Shown here: in pieces, positions 1 through 8,989 of the stretch
Numbering within the stretch: position 1 is the first letter of the stretch
Layout: each line of letters starts with the position of its first letter
Origin: an uncultured Ignavibacteria bacterium
GTDB taxonomy: Bacteria; Zixibacteria; MSB-5A5; CAIYYT01
Direction: 5' to 3'
Length of the DNA stretch: 64,000 nucleotides
Assembly: GCA_964576925.1 (NCBI GenBank)
Contig: CAZNWJ010000001.1
Location: forward strand, 91,915-155,914
Position numbers and translations under genes: made by a program
The notes under the pieces: generated by a model
Database searches by the model: none
The model's input: only the letters and a program-made list of their open reading frames with translations
What the model was told of the DNA's origin: nothing

Positions 1-547
1 CCGCACTGCGATACCCGATCTTGATCAGTGCCCAGTTCATGCCGTCGCGAGCGTAATTGGGTGAGCGGTGGATTTCTTTCTCGATAGTTTCCAAAATCTT
101 CTCAAGGTCTTCGTCGCTGAGGATCTGCGGATGTCCTGCCATTGCCGCGACCAGCATGTAGCCGGTGCGTTTTGTCCATTCGTCTTTCGACTTGGTCCAC
201 TGCTTCAGCTTCTTCATCGCAAAAGGACCGCCGGTGACAACGTAGTTGGCAATCTGGTCGCCCAATTCCGTGTTTTGGATCTGCTTCATCCACTCGTCGA
301 TCTGGGCTTCGGTAACTTTGAGCGGGTCGGCGATCAAGCAGGCCAGCACTCGCGCATCATGAATACCGGTATTCCACAGTTCCAATGACAGCTCCTGGTT
401 CTTCTTGATCTTTTTGGCGAGGGTCTTGAGCTTGGTTAAGCCGACACCAATGTAGATCTTGGGATCATTACCCAGCCGCTCCCAGTTCTTGACGGCACGC
501 GGATCGGACAACGCATGTAGTTGGTCGAGGACTTCTTTGACGGTCAT
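1..547 (-). CDS. DNA alkylation repair enzyme (AlkD/AlkC-like HEAT-repeat DNA glycosylase), C-terminally truncated by window edge
   Basis: Own translation of minus strand from ATG at 545-547: MTVKEVLDQLHALSDPRAVKNWERLGNDPKIYIGVGLTKLK...VVTGGPFAMKKLKQWTKSKDEWTKRTGYMLVAAMAGH. Open to position 1. Resembles the DNA_alkylation (PF08713) family. Confidence 0.55.
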   Translation of the reverse strand, partial: MTVKEVLDQLHALSDPRAVKNWERLGNDPKIYIGVGLTKLKTLAKKIKKNQELSLELWNTGIHDARVLACLIADPLKVTEAQIDEWMKQIQNTELGDQIANYVVTGGPFAMKKLKQWTKSKDEWTKRTGYMLVAAMAGHPQILSDEDLEKILETIEKEIHRSPNYARDGMNWALIKIGYRSA

Positions 548-628
548 GTGGACTCCGGAGTTATTGATTTTGCTTATCAGGAGATACGCGGTGCGAGAGA
601 ATTCGTTTCAGGCAGATGTCGAGAGACA

Positions 629-659
629 CCCACCCTGCGCTGCGCTCCGGGTGGGCTAC
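629..659 (-). repeat. REP-like palindromic element, solo copy (revcomp GTAGCCCACCCGGAGCGCAGCGCAGGGTGGG)
   Basis: Imperfect palindrome CCCACCC...GGGTGGG followed by CTAC (GTAG on the other strand). Near-identical to the two copies flanking the RAYT gene at 39251-39909. Intergenic between the alkD-like gene and ettA. Confidence 0.6.
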
Positions 660-685
660 AGCTTTTGCAATCTTGCCGTTACTGC

Positions 686-2365
686 TTACGCCTTCACAAT
701 CTTCCGATAGCGGTTCCGGCGATTCTCAAACGGGCGGCCGCCCAGTTCGCGTTTGTGCCAGTCCTCATATTCGCGATAGTTGCCTTCAAACCAGCGCACC
801 TTGCCTTCGCCCTCGAAGACCAGTAGGTGCGTGCAGACGCGGTCGAGGAAGAAACGGTCGTGGCTGATCACCATCACGCAGCCAGTGAAATTGAGAATCG
901 CCTCCTCGAGATTGCGCAGCATGTTGACATCGAGGTCGTTGGTCGGTTCGTCAAGCAGCAGCACGTTACCGCCCGATTTGAGCACTTTAGCCAGATGACA
1001 GCGATTGCGCTCACCGCCCGACAACTCGCCGACCGTCTTCTGCTGGTCCGATCCCTTGAATCCGAATCGCGCCAGGTATTGGCGGATCGGAACCTCCACC
1101 TTGCCGAGCATTACGTTATCCGCGCCGCCGCCAACTTCATTGATCAAACTCTGATCGCCGGTCAGCGTATCGCGTTCCTGATCGACATAGGCGAGGTTGA
1201 CTGTGCTGCCGACCTTCACCTCGCCGGAGGTCGCTTTTTCCTGCCCGACAATCAGCCGGAACATCGTGGTCTTGCCGGTGCCGTTCGGGCCGACGAGTCC
1301 GACGATCGCCGACTTCGGTACGAGGAAGTTGACATCCTTGAAGATCACGCGGTCGCCATACTGCTTGGAGACACCGGAGAACTCGATCACCTGTTCGCCC
1401 AGTTCCGGTCCCGGCGCGATCACGATGCTGGCGCCGCCTTCTTTGGAGGCTGCCTCCTCGCGCGCGACCAGTTGTTCGTATTCAATGATGCGCGAGCGCG
1501 ATAACTGCTGGCGATCCTTGTTGGTCATCTTGATCCAGGCCAGCTCGCGTTGAAGCATCCGCGAGCGCGGGTTGTCTTTCTTTTCTTCGCCGGCGAGACG
1601 TTCCAGTTTCTGCTCGAGCCAACTGGTGTAATTGCCGGAATACGGAATGCCGCGACCGCCGTCGAGTTCGAGAATCCACTTAGTGATATTGTCGAGGAAA
1701 TAACGATCGTGCGTGACGATGATCACGGTGCCGGGATACTCGCGCAGTTGTTCTTCCAGCCAATCGACAGTCTCGGCATCGAGATGGTTGGTCGGTTCGT
1801 CGAGCAGGAGCAGATCGGGGCGCTCGAGTAGCGCCTTGCACAGAGCAACACGGCGTTTCTCACCACCCGATAACGTACTGACGATGCGTTCGTCTTCGGG
1901 CAGGCAAAGCGCATCGGCGGCGACGCGAATGTGCATATCGAGATTCCAGGCGTCGAGCGTATCGAGTTGTTCCTGAAGTTCGCCCATGCGCTCCATTAGC
2001 TTCGTCATGGCGTCGTCATCCATCGGCTCGCCCATTTTGGCTGTGATGTCGTTGTATTCGTTCAGCTTGGTCGTGATTTCGCCGAAAGCCTGCTCGACAG
2101 TCTGCCGCACGGTGATCGCTTCATCGAGCACCGGCTCCTGCATGACAATGCCCGACTTGAAATTGCCAATCAACTGTGCAGTGCCCTGAAACTGATCGTC
2201 GAGACCGGCCATTATGCGCAAGACGGTGGACTTACCGGAACCGTTTTCACCGACGATACCGATCTTGGCGCCGGGGTAGAAACTGAGATTGATGTTCTTG
2301 AGCACCTGCTTCTGGCCATAGAACTTGTCGAGCCGAAGCATGGTGAAGATATATTTTTCGCTCAT
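686..2365 (-). CDS. ettA: Energy-dependent translational throttle protein EttA (ABC-F ATPase)
   Basis: ORF 686..2461. Likely start MSEKYIFTMLRLDKFYGQKQVLKNINLSFYPGAKIGIVGENGSGKSTVLRIMAG, near-collinear with E. coli EttA. Two ABC cassettes (Walker A GENGSGKST and GPNGTGKTT, signatures LSGGEKRRV and LSGGERNR). About 559 aa. Confidence 0.9.
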   Translation of the reverse strand: MSEKYIFTMLRLDKFYGQKQVLKNINLSFYPGAKIGIVGENGSGKSTVLRIMAGLDDQFQGTAQLIGNFKSGIVMQEPVLDEAITVRQTVEQAFGEITTKLNEYNDITAKMGEPMDDDAMTKLMERMGELQEQLDTLDAWNLDMHIRVAADALCLPEDERIVSTLSGGEKRRVALCKALLERPDLLLLDEPTNHLDAETVDWLEEQLREYPGTVIIVTHDRYFLDNITKWILELDGGRGIPYSGNYTSWLEQKLERLAGEEKKDNPRSRMLQRELAWIKMTNKDRQQLSRSRIIEYEQLVAREEAASKEGGASIVIAPGPELGEQVIEFSGVSKQYGDRVIFKDVNFLVPKSAIVGLVGPNGTGKTTMFRLIVGQEKATSGEVKVGSTVNLAYVDQERDTLTGDQSLINEVGGGADNVMLGKVEVPIRQYLARFGFKGSDQQKTVGELSGGERNRCHLAKVLKSGGNVLLLDEPTNDLDVNMLRNLEEAILNFTGCVMVISHDRFFLDRVCTHLLVFEGEGKVRWFEGNYREYEDWHKRELGGRPFENRRNRYRKIVKA

Positions 2366-2478
2366 AGCCTGCTTTCTGAAATCACTTCCATACTGTCGCG
2401 ACCGCGGGCGGCCGCAGCTTCCGAGGCCGCTAAGGTAGGCAGGATCGGGAGGAGAAGTCAAGAGTAGATGCGATCGAG

Positions 2479-4068
2479 CTATATTCGGCGATAGTAGACC
2501 AGGTAGATGAATCCATCGCGCGACTGGGAGTATTGCTCATGGCCGGGGATATGCTTAACAGAGATCGCCACGGTCGTGTCGCGATAATGCGCGAAGAACT
2601 CCCCGCTGTTGGCCAACTGCGCCTCGGTCAAGAACCAATTGTTACCGACCAGATCGCCGGTTGAAGGTCCCGCGATAATGTAATCGGGCCGGCGCGACAG
2701 AACATAATCGGCGTCACCCTTCTCGTGACCGGGGAGCAACTGGTGCCGGGAGATTCGCGGTGCCAGGGGCTGGCGCGCGATGTGTTTGTCATTTAGACCG
2801 AGCATATCAATGAAACGGTGATTGGGAGCAAAATAGGGTGTTGAACCGGCGGTATTGAGAGCGATCAAAGTGCCTTTGGGCCAGTGGGTGTTGATGTACT
2901 CGCCAACGATCTTGCCCATGAAGGCCGCGCCGTCGACCATGCGCGCGCGATTGATGCGTTCCGGCGGTAGGGCGACTTGCAGCACACATAGAGTTGCAAT
3001 AATGATCGTGGCGGCGTTGGAAGCGACTCCCTTTCTGATCGGGCCGAACGAGTGCAGGGCAAACAGCAGAAACAGCCCGATGCTGGGAATCATGGGGGCG
3101 AAGAATCGAAAGGCCTGCATGTGATCGCCGCCGACGTAGACGACATAGAGCAGGTAGCTGCCGATGATGACACCCAAGAGTCCGCTCCTGACATTCCAGC
3201 TTTTCCTAAACGTTAGGAGCAGGATCGCAATTCCGAAAATGGGTAACAAGTATGGCAAGGCCACGGAATAGTAGCCAAGGTAGTCAAGGCCTCGAAGCAG
3301 TTTGACCTGGCTGAATTCGCCTTTGAGGTGCCAGGTATTAGGGAGCCATTCGCCATAGTAATAGAGTCGCCAGAGCAGCGCCGGCAGGTAGGCAATGCCA
3401 AATGCGAGCGAAAAGGCCACAAATTGCTTCACCCCTCCTGGTTTCCCTGCAATAATCAAGGCCGACAAGAAGCCAGCCATGATCGCGAAGAAGAGCAGCC
3501 CTTCAGGACGCGTCATCGCGGCGAGAGCCATCAATAGGCCGGCAAGGAGCCACTCGCGAATCGACCCCTTCAATGCATCGCCTGCAAGCCAAATCGAACC
3601 GGTAACGAACAGCGTGAACGTGGCCGTTTCGAGTCCACCGACAGACCAAACGATGAGAGGAAGAGCTGAGCAGGTTATCAGCAAGGGAATGGTCACGGTG
3701 GGGCTGCTTCCTGCCTGCGCCTGCTCGAAGCGACCGACAAAGGTCCAAACCAGCGCTAAGAGGCCGAGAAACGACGCCACACCAAGAATGTGAGCAGCGT
3801 TTTCGAGGCTTATCCCGGATAGTCCCAGGGCGCTGAGCATGATCACGAACCAGAAATTCGTGTAACCCTCGACACGCTCTCCGGGGTTCCAAACCAATCC
3901 CTGTCCGTCAAGGAAGTTGTGGACATATCGCAACGAAATGTAGGCGTCATCGTGAAAGAAGCCGTGATAGCGAAGGTATCCGCCAAGGCACGCCGCCAAG
4001 GCTACGAAGACAAAGACCCAACTACGCTGAAAGGAAGCTCTCGGCATTACAGCATGATACTCCAACAT
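2479..4068 (-). CDS. Polytopic membrane protein, putative GT-C-type glycosyltransferase (PMT/ArnT-like) with C-terminal soluble domain
   Basis: ORF 2479..4170. More than 10 predicted TM helices. Motif FHDDAYISLRY in the first loop resembles the DE/DD acidic motif of GT-C transferases. Start likely MLEYHAV (4068) or MPRASF (4047). Product assignment tentative. Confidence 0.5.
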   Translation of the reverse strand: MLEYHAVMPRASFQRSWVFVFVALAACLGGYLRYHGFFHDDAYISLRYVHNFLDGQGLVWNPGERVEGYTNFWFVIMLSALGLSGISLENAAHILGVASFLGLLALVWTFVGRFEQAQAGSSPTVTIPLLITCSALPLIVWSVGGLETATFTLFVTGSIWLAGDALKGSIREWLLAGLLMALAAMTRPEGLLFFAIMAGFLSALIIAGKPGGVKQFVAFSLAFGIAYLPALLWRLYYYGEWLPNTWHLKGEFSQVKLLRGLDYLGYYSVALPYLLPIFGIAILLLTFRKSWNVRSGLLGVIIGSYLLYVVYVGGDHMQAFRFFAPMIPSIGLFLLFALHSFGPIRKGVASNAATIIIATLCVLQVALPPERINRARMVDGAAFMGKIVGEYINTHWPKGTLIALNTAGSTPYFAPNHRFIDMLGLNDKHIARQPLAPRISRHQLLPGHEKGDADYVLSRRPDYIIAGPSTGDLVGNNWFLTEAQLANSGEFFAHYRDTTVAISVKHIPGHEQYSQSRDGFIYLVYYRRI

Positions 4069-4381
4069 GGCGACAGTGGTCAAGTCGGGGTTTGGGGGAT
4101 GCAAATGCGAGCAAGCTGGGTTCCCGGGCTCGGAGTGATCAGAATTGACGAATAAGTCACTAAATCCCATCGGAGTTAGGGTATATACTCGTTAGTCTCG
4201 AATAGACAATCGAACCCTCAAGAGCCGCAGTTTCTCAGTGGACGAAATCCCGCCAGTGGTAGTTGAAAGTGGATTATTCCGATCCAACGTGTACGAACCT
4301 ATACTTTGTGAACCTCTGTACTCCGAATCAAGGTAGGCCAGGCTGTCGGCAAGAGTGAACTTACTCATATTGGAGGGAGAA

Positions 4382-4828
4382 ATGTTGAGATTCGTCGGAA
4401 AGGCCGCACTCGCGGTTGTACTCGGAGTTATCACGCAGGTAGTTGTCATGGGTTGTTCGGCGGACGCACCGCTATCGCCCGTTACGCCGACTGCACAGGC
4501 ACTCTCGGCGCCCAACGCACCGCAAACGCCGAGCAGCCTGAATACGACCGCCGGAATCGACAGTGGTCCGGCTGATGAGTCCTCTACTTATGTTGAGTTT
4601 GACGTGCTGCTGCTGACGCCGGATCTCGAGAACAACACGATCCAGTTGTTTGACATGGTCTCGACTATGTTGATCGGTCATGTCAGCGATAACACCGTGT
4701 TATTGGGAATGGATGGCGAGGAAGTCACGCTGGCAGATTTCATGGTCTGCTTTAAAGGGCATGCTAAGGGTAACATGACAAACCCGGGCGAAATCGAGCT
4801 TGAATTCCTTCAGATGCTGCCTTTCTAA
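4382..4828 (+). CDS. Hypothetical lipoprotein
   Basis: ORF 4355..4828. ATG at 4382 preceded by GGAGGGAGAA. Signal peptide plus lipobox VVMGC. Ser/Thr/Pro-rich linker. Confidence 0.55.
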   Translation: MLRFVGKAALAVVLGVITQVVVMGCSADAPLSPVTPTAQALSAPNAPQTPSSLNTTAGIDSGPADESSTYVEFDVLLLTPDLENNTIQLFDMVSTMLIGHVSDNTVLLGMDGEEVTLADFMVCFKGHAKGNMTNPGEIELEFLQMLPF

Positions 4829-4892
4829 GGAGAAGCTACACTTTCCGGCGGCGGCACAAGAGTAAGCCGGCAGCGACGCCGGCGGGTGTCAG

Positions 4893-4921
4893 AGAACGGG
4901 TGCGAACGAGCTCGCACCCGT
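4893..4921 (+). terminator. Hairpin downstream of lipoprotein gene (AACGGGTGCGA-ACGAGC-TCGCACCCGTT then TTCGCTATT)
   Basis: Perfect 11-bp inverted repeat directly after the stop at 4828. Weak U-tract. Confidence 0.4.
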
Positions 4922-5063
4922 TTCGCTATTGTAAATAATTGCATAACAATAACTTAACAACGCACCGCTCCATTGCCGATCAGAACCCGTGGCAGCAAAC
5001 CTCTGGCCATCTCTCATGGAGAGTTAGCTAACAACTGGGGACAAAAGATTGCCAAAATATTTG

Positions 5064-5092
5064 TTGACAGGTATCCTTGAGCGCCATAGATT
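5064..5092 (+). promoter_or_regulatory. Sigma70-like promoter (TTGACA-17 nt-TAGATT)
   Basis: TTGACA at 5064-5069, 17-nt spacer, TAGATT at 5087-5092. Located in a 490-bp intergenic region. Confidence 0.4.
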
Positions 5093-5256
5093 CTGCGCCC
5101 ATTGGAGGAGGGATTGTGAAAGCTTGCGCAAGCGAGGCACAAAATGAGCCCGCAGCGTGACCTCAGCAGTCAGTTAACAATGTCCGGACCTAAGGTCCGG
5201 AGGATGAGAAAACTAATCGATTAACGAAAGACCTCCGTCGGGATGGATGTCAAGCT

Positions 5257-5285
5257 GGACAGGCTTTGCGTGTCCATTTTTTTTT
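5257..5285 (+). terminator. Rho-independent terminator/attenuator (GGACAGGCTTTGCGTGTCC + T9)
   Basis: Hairpin followed by nine consecutive T (5277-5285), about 190 nt downstream of the predicted promoter and 37 nt upstream of the lipoprotein ATG at 5322. Confidence 0.5.
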
Positions 5286-5321
5286 AGACACCATCGGACG
5301 GGGAAGAAAGGAAGTACCACA

Positions 5322-5930
5322 ATGAAGAAGATCTTGTTAGCCGTTATCGCCATCTCGTTAGTGGTGATGGCCGGCTGCAGCAAGCCGCCGGAGGCTGAGA
5401 TGGCCGCTGCCCAAAGCGCGGTCAATGAAGCCAAAGCGGCTGAAGCGGAGCAGTACGTTCCGCAGGCGTTCCGCATGTTGACCGACAGCTTGAATGCTGC
5501 GATGGCCATGAAGACGGAACAGGATGGCAAGTTTGCACTTTTCCGCAGCTACGGCGAGTCGAAGGCGATGTTTGAACGCGTCACCGCGATGAAGGCGGAT
5601 GTCGTCAATCAGGCGAACGCCGAGAAGGAACGCGTCAAGCAGGAAGTCATGGGCATGATGACCGAAGTGAAGGGTTTGCTTGATTCGACGATGGCTCTGC
5701 TGGAAAAGGCCCCGAAGGGCAAGGACAACAAGGCCGAGTTGGAACTGATCATGAATGACCTTACCAACCTTGGCTCGGAATATACCGTTGCTGAAGGCGA
5801 CTTCAACGGCGGCAAGTTCCTGGTGGCCCGGACGAAGTTCGAGTCGATCAAGTCGCGTGCGATGAACATTACGACGGAAATCTGCAAAGCTTACGAGGCC
5901 AAGGGCAAAAAATGCCCGATGGGAATGTAA
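5322..5930 (+). CDS. Lipoprotein, DUF4398-like (Ala-rich helical)
   Basis: ORF 5247..5930. Real start MKKILLAVIAISLVVMAGCSK (lipobox) preceded by GAAAGGAAG. The upstream in-frame extension crosses the T9 terminator and is judged spurious. Confidence 0.6.
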   Translation: MKKILLAVIAISLVVMAGCSKPPEAEMAAAQSAVNEAKAAEAEQYVPQAFRMLTDSLNAAMAMKTEQDGKFALFRSYGESKAMFERVTAMKADVVNQANAEKERVKQEVMGMMTEVKGLLDSTMALLEKAPKGKDNKAELELIMNDLTNLGSEYTVAEGDFNGGKFLVARTKFESIKSRAMNITTEICKAYEAKGKKCPMGM

Positions 5931-5959
5931 ATCCGCTCAGGATTTGACGAGTATAATAC

Positions 5960-5990
5960 CTGGGGGGAGACGATAATCGCCTCCCCCCAG
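5960..5990 (+). terminator. Hairpin CTGGGGGGAG-N11-CTCCCCCCAG after the lipoprotein gene
   Basis: 10-bp perfect G/C-rich stem immediately after the stop at 5930. Confidence 0.45.
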
Positions 5991-6018
5991 AAACATTTCA
6001 AGACGTTGCATCGTTGAT

Positions 6019-7110
6019 TTGCGGGGATCAACAGTGAATCGCTTCAAAAAGACACTTCTCGGATTATCACTACTTTCAGGCTTGGTACTTTTCTTCGCCG
6101 GCTGTGAAGAACCGCCGACTTTCAGTTTGGAATCAGCGCGACAGGCCTTGCTTTTGGCTGAACAAGCCGGATCTTTACGATACGCAGAGGCCATCTATCG
6201 CGACGCTGAACAATTGATATACAAGGGCTGGATGGAGATCGCTCATCAGAACGGCAGGCTCGGCTTGCTTCGCGACTATGCGGCGGCCGATTCGATTCTG
6301 GCGATGGCGTTGCGGCGGGCACAGGAGGCGCGTCAGAAGGCGGTGGACAGCATTGCGGCGGTAACCATAGCATCGACAAATACATTGGCTGAATTGCGGC
6401 AAGAACTCAATGAATGGAACGATGCGCTCAATGGTTCGCTCAACAATTTTCATGCGCGCGACGAATGGCAGCGCGCCCGACTGAATCTCGACATGGCAGA
6501 AAAGCTCGCCGCAGCCGGAGAGTATGACGAAGCGCACCTATCGATGCTGAAAGCGCGAGATCTTCTGCGTCTTGTGGGACGGTCACTTGAGGAACATCAG
6601 GCCGATGAGGCCCGCCAAATCCATGTCTGGCGCCGTTGGGTTAACGAGACCGTTGAGCTCTCCCGGCGCACAGGTGGCTATGCAGTTGTTGTCGACAAGA
6701 CTGCTCATAAGACCTACCTGGTCAAGGCCGGCCAAGTGATCCACACGTATGATTCTGAGCTTGGGTACAATTCGGCGCGGCAGAAGCTGTTTTCGGGAGA
6801 CGCGGCGACGCCCGAGGGCAAGTACCGCGTGACCAAGGAGAACAATCGTTCCAAGTACTATCGGGCGCTACTTCTTGATTATCCCAACAACTCCGACCGT
6901 CAACGCTTCGCCGAGAACAAGCGCCGCGGGATTATTTCACCAAGGGCACGCATCGGCGGCTGGATCGAGATCCACGGCGACGGCGGCAAGAACCGCGACT
7001 GGACCGAAGGTTGTGTTGCCCTGACGAACAAAGATATGGATCATATTATGCAGTTCGTTTCGGTCGGTACTCCCGTAACAATTGTGAGAAAGTCGGATCA
7101 GTGGCCATGA
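6019..7110 (+). CDS. L,D-transpeptidase (YkuD domain) lipoprotein
   Basis: Signal peptide plus lipobox FFAGCEE. C-terminal YkuD catalytic region: HTYDSELGYN...GKYRV...IHGDGG...DWTEGCVALTNKDMDHI (His/Cys catalytic dyad context). Confidence 0.75.
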   Translation: MRGSTVNRFKKTLLGLSLLSGLVLFFAGCEEPPTFSLESARQALLLAEQAGSLRYAEAIYRDAEQLIYKGWMEIAHQNGRLGLLRDYAAADSILAMALRRAQEARQKAVDSIAAVTIASTNTLAELRQELNEWNDALNGSLNNFHARDEWQRARLNLDMAEKLAAAGEYDEAHLSMLKARDLLRLVGRSLEEHQADEARQIHVWRRWVNETVELSRRTGGYAVVVDKTAHKTYLVKAGQVIHTYDSELGYNSARQKLFSGDAATPEGKYRVTKENNRSKYYRALLLDYPNNSDRQRFAENKRRGIISPRARIGGWIEIHGDGGKNRDWTEGCVALTNKDMDHIMQFVSVGTPVTIVRKSDQWP

Positions 7111-7754
7111 GGAAGTTGATCGTTTTTGTCATACTCCCGGTGTTTTCGATAGTGGCGGTATTGTTGTTTCTGGTCGCCATCAATCGCGAACAGCCGGAAG
7201 TGGTGGCTGCCGGATACTCGATCGACACCTTGCTGACGGAGCTCCCCACCGACCAAGCCAAAGCCGAGAAAGAACTGAAATCTGCGCGCCGCCAGCTCGA
7301 AAAGCTAAAACCCGCTAAGCCGTACATCGTAATCGACACGCACGCGAATCGCATCTACTTGCGCACTGCGGAGCGGGTGATGCTGGACGCGCGCTGCTCG
7401 ACGGGCTCCGGCGACACCTTGACCGACTCGACCAGCACGCGCAAATGGGTTTTCCATACGCCAACAGGCGTTTTCAAGATCAGGAATAAGCTCAAAGAGC
7501 CTTGGTGGCGTAAGCCGGACTGGGCGTTTATCGAAGAAGGCGAAGCGGTGCCGAAGAACGAGTCGGAGCGATACGATCCCAACGTCATGGGAGATTATGC
7601 CATGGGATTCGGGGACGGCTTTTTCATTCATGGCACGATCTACGAGCGACTACTGGGCGTGAATGTGACGCACGGCTGCGTCAGACTGGGGAGCACCGAT
7701 CTGGATTCGCTTTACAAGCAGACGCCGATCGGAACGTATGTCTACATATTCTGA
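7107..7754 (+). CDS. L,D-transpeptidase (YkuD domain) protein
   Basis: ORF 7011..7754. Start MRKLIVFVILPVFSIVAVLLF (signal/TM). C-terminal FIHGT...THGCVRLGSTDLDSLY matches the YkuD active site. Confidence 0.75.
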   Translation: MRKLIVFVILPVFSIVAVLLFLVAINREQPEVVAAGYSIDTLLTELPTDQAKAEKELKSARRQLEKLKPAKPYIVIDTHANRIYLRTAERVMLDARCSTGSGDTLTDSTSTRKWVFHTPTGVFKIRNKLKEPWWRKPDWAFIEEGEAVPKNESERYDPNVMGDYAMGFGDGFFIHGTIYERLLGVNVTHGCVRLGSTDLDSLYKQTPIGTYVYIF

Positions 7755-8448
7755 TTATTGCTCATGGCGGGGGCACCGTTTAGTTCTACTCTCCGTCATT
7801 ATATCACTGTCTGCCATCACGATCGTGTCGTGTGGCGGCGGGAAATCCGATGCGCCGGAAGGCAAGTCGGCTACTCAAGTCTGGAATCAGGAAACGGCGG
7901 TCGAAGAGTACCGGTTGATCCGGGCAGAGATCAAACTCGCCGAGTCCGAGAAACCGTACCTCGTGCTCGACCTTGCTCACCAGAATGTGGAATTGCGACT
8001 GAAGGGTGTTGTGGTTTGGGAATACCCCCTGGAATTGCTCGGAACCGACAAGGGCGACCTCAAGGATTTTGGCTCGGATTTCCTCGGCGAGAAGACGCAA
8101 TTTGTCCGCCCGATCCTGGAGCAGTACCTGTTTGCCTCGCAGGCTCAGACTCCCGATTCGGTACTGGCAATCATCTCGGAGGCGACTAACTTTGACAAGG
8201 GCTTATTGCAGCGCGACCTGCCATCCCGCTTTCAGCTTCACTGGGCCGGAGGCCTGATTCTCGACGTGCGGACGGATGTTGAAGGCAAAGAAACTTCATC
8301 CTTCAAGAATCGCCTTCGCGACCTGCAACAGACCATTGCGCGACCTTTCGGGCAGGAGATCATAACCTGCAAGATGCCGAAGGACAACGCGCTTACACTT
8401 TACAGAACCGCCCGACCGGGAGTCCCCACACTGCTGATTCCGGTGTAA
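7738..8448 (+). CDS. Hypothetical lipoprotein
   Basis: ORF with LLSVIISLSAITIVSCGGG lipobox. Start uncertain (overlaps the previous gene end). Same-strand trio with the two L,D-transpeptidases. Confidence 0.5.
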   Translation: MSTYSDYCSWRGHRLVLLSVIISLSAITIVSCGGGKSDAPEGKSATQVWNQETAVEEYRLIRAEIKLAESEKPYLVLDLAHQNVELRLKGVVVWEYPLELLGTDKGDLKDFGSDFLGEKTQFVRPILEQYLFASQAQTPDSVLAIISEATNFDKGLLQRDLPSRFQLHWAGGLILDVRTDVEGKETSSFKNRLRDLQQTIARPFGQEIITCKMPKDNALTLYRTARPGVPTLLIPV

Positions 8449-8484
8449 ACCGGTTGCTCCAAGAACTCCCTGATTAATCAGTGT

Positions 8485-8970
8485 ATGCTGTCACGATCCA
8501 CCTCATCCGCCAGGCGCGAAGCGCCATTTCTGCTGATCCGGCGAGCGCGTCTATCTGATCTCGATTCGATCGTAAGACTGGAGAACCTGAGCTTTGAATT
8601 CGATCTTTTTAGCCGCAAGCACTATCACTACCTGCTCACGAAAGCCAATTCGGTTGCGCTGGTAATGGAACGCGGCAATCGCCTGATCAGTTCAGCGGTT
8701 CTGCTGTTTCGTCGGAACGCCGGAAACGCACATCTCTACACGATAGCGGTACACCCGGCCGCGCGCGGTCGTGGCTACGGTGCGAGGATGCTGGCAGCCT
8801 GTGAGAAGGCAGCCCGACGCCGCGATTGCAGCAGCCTAACACTTGAAGTTCGCGCCGACAATCGTGCCGCCCAAAAACTTTACAAGAAAAGCGGTTACAG
8901 TGTCAGAGAGTGCGTCGAAGCCTACTATGAAGACGGCTGCGACGCTCTGAGACTTGTGAAGTATCTCTAG
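8485..8970 (+). CDS. GNAT family N-acetyltransferase
   Basis: Motif A region LYTIAVHPAARGRGYGARMLAACEKAA and ...RADNRAAQKLYKKSGY. Typical RimI-like size (161 aa). Confidence 0.8.
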   Translation: MLSRSTSSARREAPFLLIRRARLSDLDSIVRLENLSFEFDLFSRKHYHYLLTKANSVALVMERGNRLISSAVLLFRRNAGNAHLYTIAVHPAARGRGYGARMLAACEKAARRRDCSSLTLEVRADNRAAQKLYKKSGYSVRECVEAYYEDGCDALRLVKYL

Positions 8971-8989
8971 GATGTTCCCCGGCTCATCG

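Noticed and set aside
827-1504. 225-aa ORF and other 100-230-aa ORFs antisense to ettA, tssF (26225-27361, 27425-28015), ileS (43325-43939, 43979-44650), E1 (50703-51488), ABC-F (54318-55871) and others
   Set aside because: High-GC genomes generate long stop-free antisense frames. These lie entirely inside well-supported genes with clear family identity, and lack RBS or independent support.
2366-2461. N-terminal extension of EttA ORF (MTSPPDPAYLSG...)
   Set aside because: Alignment to EttA family starts at MSEKYIFTM. The extension has no counterpart and would read through the upstream intergenic region.
5247-5321. Upstream extension of the lipoprotein ORF (MSSWTGFACPFFFRHHRTGKKGSTT)
   Set aside because: The reading frame runs through a T9 terminator tract (FFFRHH = TTTTTTTTT). 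The signal peptide and RBS are at 5322.
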